Origin: a bacterium
Lineage (GTDB): Bacteria > SAR324 > NAC60-12
Direction: 5' to 3'
Length of the DNA: 64,000 nt
Assembly (NCBI GenBank): GCA_965233585.1
Contig: CBDDTI010000746.1
Coordinates: 96,001-160,000 of the forward strand
Below the pieces are notes generated by a model. It had not been told where the DNA came from, did no database searches, and saw only the letters and a program-made list of their open reading frames with translations. This document shows positions 58,487 to 64,000 of the stretch, piece by piece (position 1 is the stretch's first letter; every line of letters starts with the position of its first letter). The position numbers and the translations under genes are program-made.

Positions 58487-60007
58487 ATGCGTTCATTTAT
58501 TACCCGCGTGAGCGTCTGCCTCATCGCATTTTTTGTCGTTGGGTTCATTGTTGGAAGCATCATGAGTCATCATTTCTCACAAGGAGGAGCGACTTCTTGG
58601 AGTTGGCAAACGGTTTCAGTGGGCTTGTTGATTATGTCACTCGTGAGCTGGGTGGTCGTTTACTTCTTTTGTGAATGGCTACTTGCTCCTTTGTTTTATT
58701 GGTTTCGCCGTGTTTCCACATTACCGATTGACAAAGTTGTTGGCTCTCCTTCCGATGTGAAAAAAACAACAGAATGGTATTTTTTAAGAGACCATTTCAC
58801 TTACATGAAACGAACCATTGACTCACAACATCGCGAACTGCAACAAAAAACTCTTGAAAGCCAAGAGGCACATCAGCTGAAAATAGACTTCATCAAAAAT
58901 ATGTCTCACCACCTAAGAACTCCCCTCAACAGCATGATTGGTGCTTCTCGTCTTTTGTATGAAGGAGAATCTACCCAAGAACTTCAAAAAATCGCTTTTT
59001 GCAATGCTCAAGACATTTCGGGGTTAGTTGAAAGTTTAATGACTTTAGCAGAGATAGATTCTGCCATGTTAAGATACTCTCCCCAGTGGACAAATTTCAA
59101 AGAACTCATTGACCAAGCACTCACAGAAGTCGTGCAAACAACTGGTCTCTCACATCAAGAATTACCTCTTCACTTATCTCCAAATCTTCCTCAAAGAACC
59201 TTTTATGACCCCGATTTATTGGTGCGTATGGTGAAGGTTTTAACTAGGACGTGCTTGCGTTCTTTTCCCAAAGGAGTCCAAATGATTCAGGCATGGTCTG
59301 ATGAAAATTCTTTTGCTTTTACTTTGAAAACAGAAGAGTTTGAACAAGACAACTTAGACCGACTGTTAGACCGATTCCCCAAAATCAGCTCTCAATATGT
59401 ACAACAATATCCGCTGTTGTCTGTCAACTTGTCTTTAGTGAAAGAGTTGGCAGAATTTTGCGGGGGGAATTTGCTGGCTTCCTCTATTGATCACAAAGGA
59501 TTGTGTTTAGAGTTGAGACTCCCTTTGAATCATACGACTGCAGATTCACAACAAGAAAAACAGTGGGATTTGTTTGAAGAATCTGAAGAAGACCTGAAGC
59601 AAGTAGAAATAGAACCCAAACAACTTGAGCCACACCACAAAATTCTGATTGCAGAAGACAACCGAGAAAACCAATTTGTCTTTGCACAATATCTAACACA
59701 CAGACCAGACCAAAGCTACGAGGTCATTTTTGCATCAGACGGAGTGCAGGCATTGCAAAAAGTGAGGTCAGAAAAGCCAGACCTTGTGATGCTAGACATG
59801 ATGATGCCAAACATGGGAGGCATTGAAACTGCTAAAAAAATCAGAGCAGATGCCAAATTCAAAGACATTCCTTTGATTGCTGTAACATCTATGGCATCAG
59901 GGGAAGATAGAGAGCAAATAGAGGGTTACGTTGATGCTTATTTAAGCAAACCTGTCATGGTAGAGGATTTATACAAAACTTTGGACTGTTATCTAAAAGC
60001 GAATTAA
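58487..60007 (+). CDS. Membrane hybrid sensor protein: HisKA, degenerate HATPase, receiver
   Basis: Two TM segments; MSHHLRTPLN H-box; no N/G1/G2 boxes; REC with AEDN, LDMMMP, VTS, KP. Confidence 0.82.
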   Translation: MRSFITRVSVCLIAFFVVGFIVGSIMSHHFSQGGATSWSWQTVSVGLLIMSLVSWVVVYFFCEWLLAPLFYWFRRVSTLPIDKVVGSPSDVKKTTEWYFLRDHFTYMKRTIDSQHRELQQKTLESQEAHQLKIDFIKNMSHHLRTPLNSMIGASRLLYEGESTQELQKIAFCNAQDISGLVESLMTLAEIDSAMLRYSPQWTNFKELIDQALTEVVQTTGLSHQELPLHLSPNLPQRTFYDPDLLVRMVKVLTRTCLRSFPKGVQMIQAWSDENSFAFTLKTEEFEQDNLDRLLDRFPKISSQYVQQYPLLSVNLSLVKELAEFCGGNLLASSIDHKGLCLELRLPLNHTTADSQQEKQWDLFEESEEDLKQVEIEPKQLEPHHKILIAEDNRENQFVFAQYLTHRPDQSYEVIFASDGVQALQKVRSEKPDLVMLDMMMPNMGGIETAKKIRADAKFKDIPLIAVTSMASGEDREQIEGYVDAYLSKPVMVEDLYKTLDCYLKAN

Positions 60008-60124
60008 CTTTGATGAGCGATAGGTTTTACATGAGTCACTACGATTGTTCACCAACTAGATTTAGCAAAGTTTTGAAAAAAAGCTCACCATACACAACGT
60101 GGAATTGCATTCGCTATTGATTTT

Positions 60125-61066
60125 ATGTCAGTTTCAAAAGACATTGCAAATTTGGAGAAGTACCAAGAGGTCATCTATCAAAAAATGATAGATGTCATTG
60201 CAAATCAAAAAAAGATCAAACATCTAATTGATAAGCATAAATTAGAAATAGAACAATGGAATAAAAAAATCATCTTGGCACAGCAATTAGGAGATGAATC
60301 ACTTGTAAATAGCGCATTTATCCAAAAGAATAAACTGCAAAATCATATTTTAGAATTAAATCAACAATTAGAACTTGACCAACAAGAACAAAAAAAATTA
60401 CGTGGTAAATATGACCAATTAAAATCTCAAATCAATTTATTGAAAATCAAAAAACGTCATCATGCCTCTCAACAAAAAATAGAACAAGAACAATCTCCAA
60501 AGCAAACAAATTTTTCAAAAAGTGGGCATCAGAATAATAGAAAGTCAGACAAGATTTTTAATGCAAAAAAGTGGAGACAAAAAGCCAGTCAAGTTAAATT
60601 TAGATATTTAGCTAGTATCGTATTGATTATTTTGACTTTATATGCAATTTTTTCTAATAAAAATGAAGGAGGAAGAATAGTAGGAATTGTAAATAGAGTG
60701 ATAGACGGAGACACCATCATTGTAAAAAATATGAGAGTTCGCCTATTAAATGTTGATACAGAAGAAAGTGTCCACCCTACTAGAAGAAATACAGAGTTTG
60801 GAAGGATCACATCAGCTCATGTCCGTCAAGAGCTAACAGGAAAAGAAGTACAGCTAGAATGTCATGGACAAGATGTTTACGGCAGGAGTTTATGTTATGT
60901 TTTTATAAAAAGCTGGTTGGGTCAAAAACTTTACAATGTTGAGTTAGTTCAAGACGGTTGGAGCAAATACTATACAAAATATGGTATATCCCAAAACTAT
61001 CACAGTGAATTTACTAGGGCAGAAAAACAGGCTAAAAACAACGAGATTGGCGTGTGGGAAAAATAA
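60125..61066 (+). CDS. Fusion of PspA/IM30-like coiled-coil hairpin, TM helix and thermonuclease (SNase)
   Basis: Residues ~1-110 carry the PspA pattern IANQK...W.KK..LA...GDE.L...A...K; TM YLASIVLIILTLYAIF; SNase motifs VIDGDT, VRLLNVDT.E, DVYGR, LV.DG, AE..AK....GVW. Confidence 0.8.
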   Translation: MSVSKDIANLEKYQEVIYQKMIDVIANQKKIKHLIDKHKLEIEQWNKKIILAQQLGDESLVNSAFIQKNKLQNHILELNQQLELDQQEQKKLRGKYDQLKSQINLLKIKKRHHASQQKIEQEQSPKQTNFSKSGHQNNRKSDKIFNAKKWRQKASQVKFRYLASIVLIILTLYAIFSNKNEGGRIVGIVNRVIDGDTIIVKNMRVRLLNVDTEESVHPTRRNTEFGRITSAHVRQELTGKEVQLECHGQDVYGRSLCYVFIKSWLGQKLYNVELVQDGWSKYYTKYGISQNYHSEFTRAEKQAKNNEIGVWEK

Positions 61067-61234
61067 AAAATACTTATTTCTTGAAACAATAGATTGTTGT
61101 AACCTACTCTACCGATAAACATAAAAAGATTTGGTGATAGCTAAAATTATATTTTTATAAACTTTCCATAGCTAACCTATCACTCAAATCATCATTTGAG
61201 CTTTTTTAATCAACCTTTTTCTATAATAAACTTT

Positions 61235-61705
61235 ATGTTACAAACAGGAGACCAAGCACCACTTGACATAGTAGTCAGCAATCAAGAAGGCAAAACTGCA
61301 TCACTTCAAGACTGGCTTGGAAAATACACAGTCATTTATTTCTATCCTAAAGATGACACGCCCGGTTGCACCAAAGAGGCATGCGGAATCCGTGATGATT
61401 GGGGTCAGTTTGAAGCGATGGGAGTTTCCGTTTTTGGGGTCAGCCCAGACGGAGCAGAATCGCATCAGAAGTTTATCAACAAATTTCAGCTTCCTTTTCC
61501 GCTGTTATGTGACCCTGAACATCAACTTGCAGAAGCCTTTGGAGCGTGGGGAGAAAAAAAGAATTTTGGCAAAACGTATCATGGCACTTTGCGTTACACC
61601 TTCATTCTTGATGCACAAGGTGTGGTTGTCAAAGTCTATCCCAAAGTCAAACCTGAAGAACACGCCCAAGAGTTGCTGCAAGATTTGAAAACTCTTATTT
61701 CCTAA
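61235..61705 (+). CDS. bcp: Thioredoxin-dependent peroxiredoxin Bcp/PrxQ
   Basis: YFYPKDDTPGCTKEAC, GVSPD, SH.KF; ATG at 61235. Confidence 0.93.
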   Translation: MLQTGDQAPLDIVVSNQEGKTASLQDWLGKYTVIYFYPKDDTPGCTKEACGIRDDWGQFEAMGVSVFGVSPDGAESHQKFINKFQLPFPLLCDPEHQLAEAFGAWGEKKNFGKTYHGTLRYTFILDAQGVVVKVYPKVKPEEHAQELLQDLKTLIS

Positions 61706-61777
61706 ATTCTTAAAATTCCAAGACATTTTTTAGAATTTTGGCAGAAATTGCATCTGCAAGATGTGATTCCCATCACG

Positions 61778-61954
61778 TCAGTCTGATTGAGGCAATGAAG
61801 TTCCTGCTTGGTTGCTAGCTTGAAAACAGGCTTCTACAAGAGCCATTGTTTGAATGGCATCTTCTGTGGAGGTGAAAAGTATCGTATCTTCTCCTTGACT
61901 ACATCGTTGGAGATTACTCATTATGCCAATAAAAGCGTCAATGAACCATGCACC
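61778..61954 (-). pseudogene. C-terminal remnant of a Gfo/Idh/MocA oxidoreductase
   Basis: GAWFIDAFIGIMSNLQR..QGED...STEDAIQTMALVEACF*; no start or N-terminus. Confidence 0.6.
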
Positions 61955-62134
61955 TTATGGATAGATTGAGGTTGCATTTCAATACTGTATCCTGCTTCTT
62001 TGGATGGAATGTAAACTCCTCCTTTGACCTGACAAGGATTGATAAAATGTTCGTGCAGACGGTCTGCAAATTCCAAAACACTGTTCTAGCGATGCAGAGA
62101 TTTGCACATAGTCAACCATTGATAGATGTTGCAC
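61954..62134 (-). pseudogene. Remnant of L-fuconate dehydratase (enolase superfamily), frameshifted
   Basis: VQHLSMVDYVQIS.SLE / VLEFADRLHEHFINPC.V..G.Y.P...GYSIEM. Confidence 0.65.
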
Positions 62135-62217
62135 ACCCAGAGGAAAATAAGAAATTAGGAGAAGCGGGGTTGTAGGTCAAGCCTGCAATAACTGGAAGGT
62201 AAAGAGTACTAAATTGG

Positions 62218-62502
62218 CTAAAGCAAAATTTCCCATTCAGAAGGTAAAAGGTAATGTTTGCTGCTGTTGCATTCTTTACAAGCAGGGACAACATTGGATT
62301 TGACGCTTTTGCCACCCCTTGAAATGGGGACAACATGATCCATCGTCAATGTTTTTGCTGCAAATTGTTGCTTGCAATAATGGCAGATGTTGTATGCCCT
62401 GCGGTTCTTCCACCATTGAGAGTTTCTTAAATCTCTTGCTTTACGTTTTTCTCTGGCAATGTGTTCTGGGTCTGCTACCTCAAAAAAAACAGAGTTTGTC
62501 AT
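62218..62502 (-). CDS. Small HNH endonuclease
   Basis: CHYC, TMDHVVP.SRGG, N.VPAC..CN; ATG at 62502 overlaps the leuD stop (TGATG). Confidence 0.88.
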   Translation of the reverse strand: MTNSVFFEVADPEHIAREKRKARDLRNSQWWKNRRAYNICHYCKQQFAAKTLTMDHVVPISRGGKSVKSNVVPACKECNSSKHYLLPSEWEILL

Positions 62503-63125
62503 CAGTGATTCAAGTCGTTCCAAGGTGTTTGGTGGATGCTGTTTTTTTCAAATTGTTCAATTTGTTCCAAAAATTGCAAAGTCCAACCAATCTCATCTAA
62601 TCCTTTCAACAATTTTTCTTTGGCAAATGAATCTACGTCAAAGCTAAAAAGGTTACCTTCAGGCGTCAATACGGTTTGCTCTCTCAAATCTACTTCTGCT
62701 TGAGCATGCTCTTTTGATTCAATTTCTGTGAATAGTTGTTGAATGTCAGCACTGCTTAATTTGATTGGTAAAATGCCATTTTTAAAGCAATTATTGTAAA
62801 AAATGTCAGCAAAACTTGGTGCTAAGAGGCAACGGAATCCGTAATCATGCAAAGCCCAAGGTGCATGTTCGCGGCTTGAACCACAGCCAAAGTTGTCTCG
62901 TGTGACAAGGATTTTTGCCCCTTGGTAACGTGGCTCATTTAGCTCAAACTCGGGGTTTGGAACTTCCCCTTCATCGTCAAGAAACCGCCAATCATGGAAA
63001 AGATGCTTGCCAAAACCTGTGCGTTCAATCTTTTTTAAGAATTGCTTGGGAATGATGGCATCAGTGTCCACATCAACACGGTTCAGCAATGCCGCAGTGG
63101 CTTTGAGGTGAATCAATGGAGTCAT
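62502..63125 (-). CDS. leuD: 3-isopropylmalate dehydratase small subunit
   Basis: DVDTD.IIPKQFL, NFGCGSSREHAPWAL, SFADIF.NN..KNG. Confidence 0.96.
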   Translation of the reverse strand: MTPLIHLKATAALLNRVDVDTDAIIPKQFLKKIERTGFGKHLFHDWRFLDDEGEVPNPEFELNEPRYQGAKILVTRDNFGCGSSREHAPWALHDYGFRCLLAPSFADIFYNNCFKNGILPIKLSSADIQQLFTEIESKEHAQAEVDLREQTVLTPEGNLFSFDVDSFAKEKLLKGLDEIGWTLQFLEQIEQFEKNSIHQTPWNDLNH

Positions 63126-63237
63126 TTTTTAAAAGATATTTTTTTGGATTTAAAGATGACGGAAGTCTGCATGCACACTTGACGCAACTGTTGACACGTC
63201 TCACTCCCTATTTATTGAAATGCAGCATTATCACCTT

Positions 63238-63720
63238 GGCATTGTTAATTTAATATAGTTAATTGATGATTGAGCTTTAAGAACAAGAGTTTGAGAGAAA
63301 GTATCATCATGTCTTGAGATTTAGAATAGCATTTAGTTTTTCTTTTGAATCTAGCAAGGTAGTGTCTGATTCTATTGTTATATCCTTCTATTGTATAGGT
63401 TTGTTTTTTGTCTTGAATATGTAGATGAAGAGGTGGGAACTCACAGTAGCTTTTCCAATGGTCAGTATAAAAAGTCTCAACATGCCTAGTCTTCAGAGCA
63501 TCCCAGATCTTCAGACCTGTTTGAGTAAACCTGTCTCCACAGATACAAGTGATAAATCGCTTTGCAAATCTATCAACAGCAACCCATATCCAGCTGTAGT
63601 TTTTTTTGACCCCACAATAAGTATGAAGCTCATCCAATTCTACCACCTTGAAACCTGACCCTGATGCTTCTGGCACTAAATCTCCAGCAGCTTGAGCATA
63701 CTGCTTAATCCAGGTTGGAA
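63238..63720 (-). mobile_element. IS1-family remnant, 5'-truncated
   Basis: Terminal repeat GGCATTGTTAA at 63238, same as 26881; ELDELHTY..KKNY.W.W.AVDR, TD.W..Y, IEGYN.R.RHYLAR..RKTKCYSKS; zinc ribbon, HTH and second inverted repeat are missing. Confidence 0.88.
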
Positions 63721-63820
63721 TTGAAATGAGAGAAGAAATTGATGAATATTTTGCAAAATTCAAATGATTTATTTAGATAAGGATTGTAAGACTGTGAACA
63801 TTTAAAGCAAAAAATTCAAT

Positions 63821-64000
63821 TTAAAGTAAAGACGCAAAGTCTTGAGGGAAGTTGTCAGAAAAGTCTGTGATTTGTCCTTCTTTCAAAACAAGCAGTCTAT
63901 CAATGAAATTTTGTTCTTTTGAAAAATGGTGAGTGACCATCAAAACAGAGCCTCCTTGCTGGTGAAACTCTATCAGGTAATCTTGCAATTCCTGAATGGA
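63821..64000 (-). CDS. C-terminal end of an ABC ATP-binding protein (CcmA-like), 5' part outside window
   Basis: ...EFHQQGGSVLMVTHH....DRLLVLKEGQI* containing the H-loop. Confidence 0.7.
   Translation of the reverse strand, partial: SIQELQDYLIEFHQQGGSVLMVTHHFSKEQNFIDRLLVLKEGQITDFSDNFPQDFASLL

Noticed and set aside
62218..62502. HNH gene as part of a defence system with the SNase fusion
   Set aside because: Small stand-alone HNH type coupled to leuD, on the opposite strand and separated by bcp and pseudogene debris; no evidence of linkage

Overview
Bacterial chromosomal window of moderate to low GC. The gene content (flhA-flhF-flhG-fliA, ccmFGH, minCDE, gspGHIJ, ahcY) is compatible with a Deltaproteobacteria-like lineage such as SAR324, which is inference only. 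Left to right it holds: a >1000-aa FN3-repeat lipoprotein running off the left edge (missed by the ORF track); pmbA; an inserted pair of a Dam-like N6-adenine methyltransferase and an unknown PD-(D/E)xK-like gene; moxR; ahcY and other housekeeping or hypothetical genes; an anti-TRAP-like zinc finger; tatB; flagellar export and regulatory genes; and T2SS pseudopilins. Next is a ~20 kb AT-rich surface-glycan cluster that is duplicating and decaying, with tandem TIGR04372-like glycosyltransferases, a complete IS1-family element, homopolymer frameshifts and gene remnants. After it come phoH, minCDE, ccmFGH, a FecCD-type ABC importer with a methyltransferase, ITPase, ispH, hflC, a degenerate hybrid kinase, bcp, pseudogene debris, an HNH gene, leuD and a truncated IS1. 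The most novel-looking element is 60125-61066, a fusion of a PspA/ESCRT-III-like hairpin, a transmembrane helix and an intact staphylococcal-type nuclease, which is a candidate membrane-stress-targeted or anti-phage nuclease. No rRNA, tRNA or CRISPR array was recognised. All family assignments are by-eye motif recognition, not database searches.
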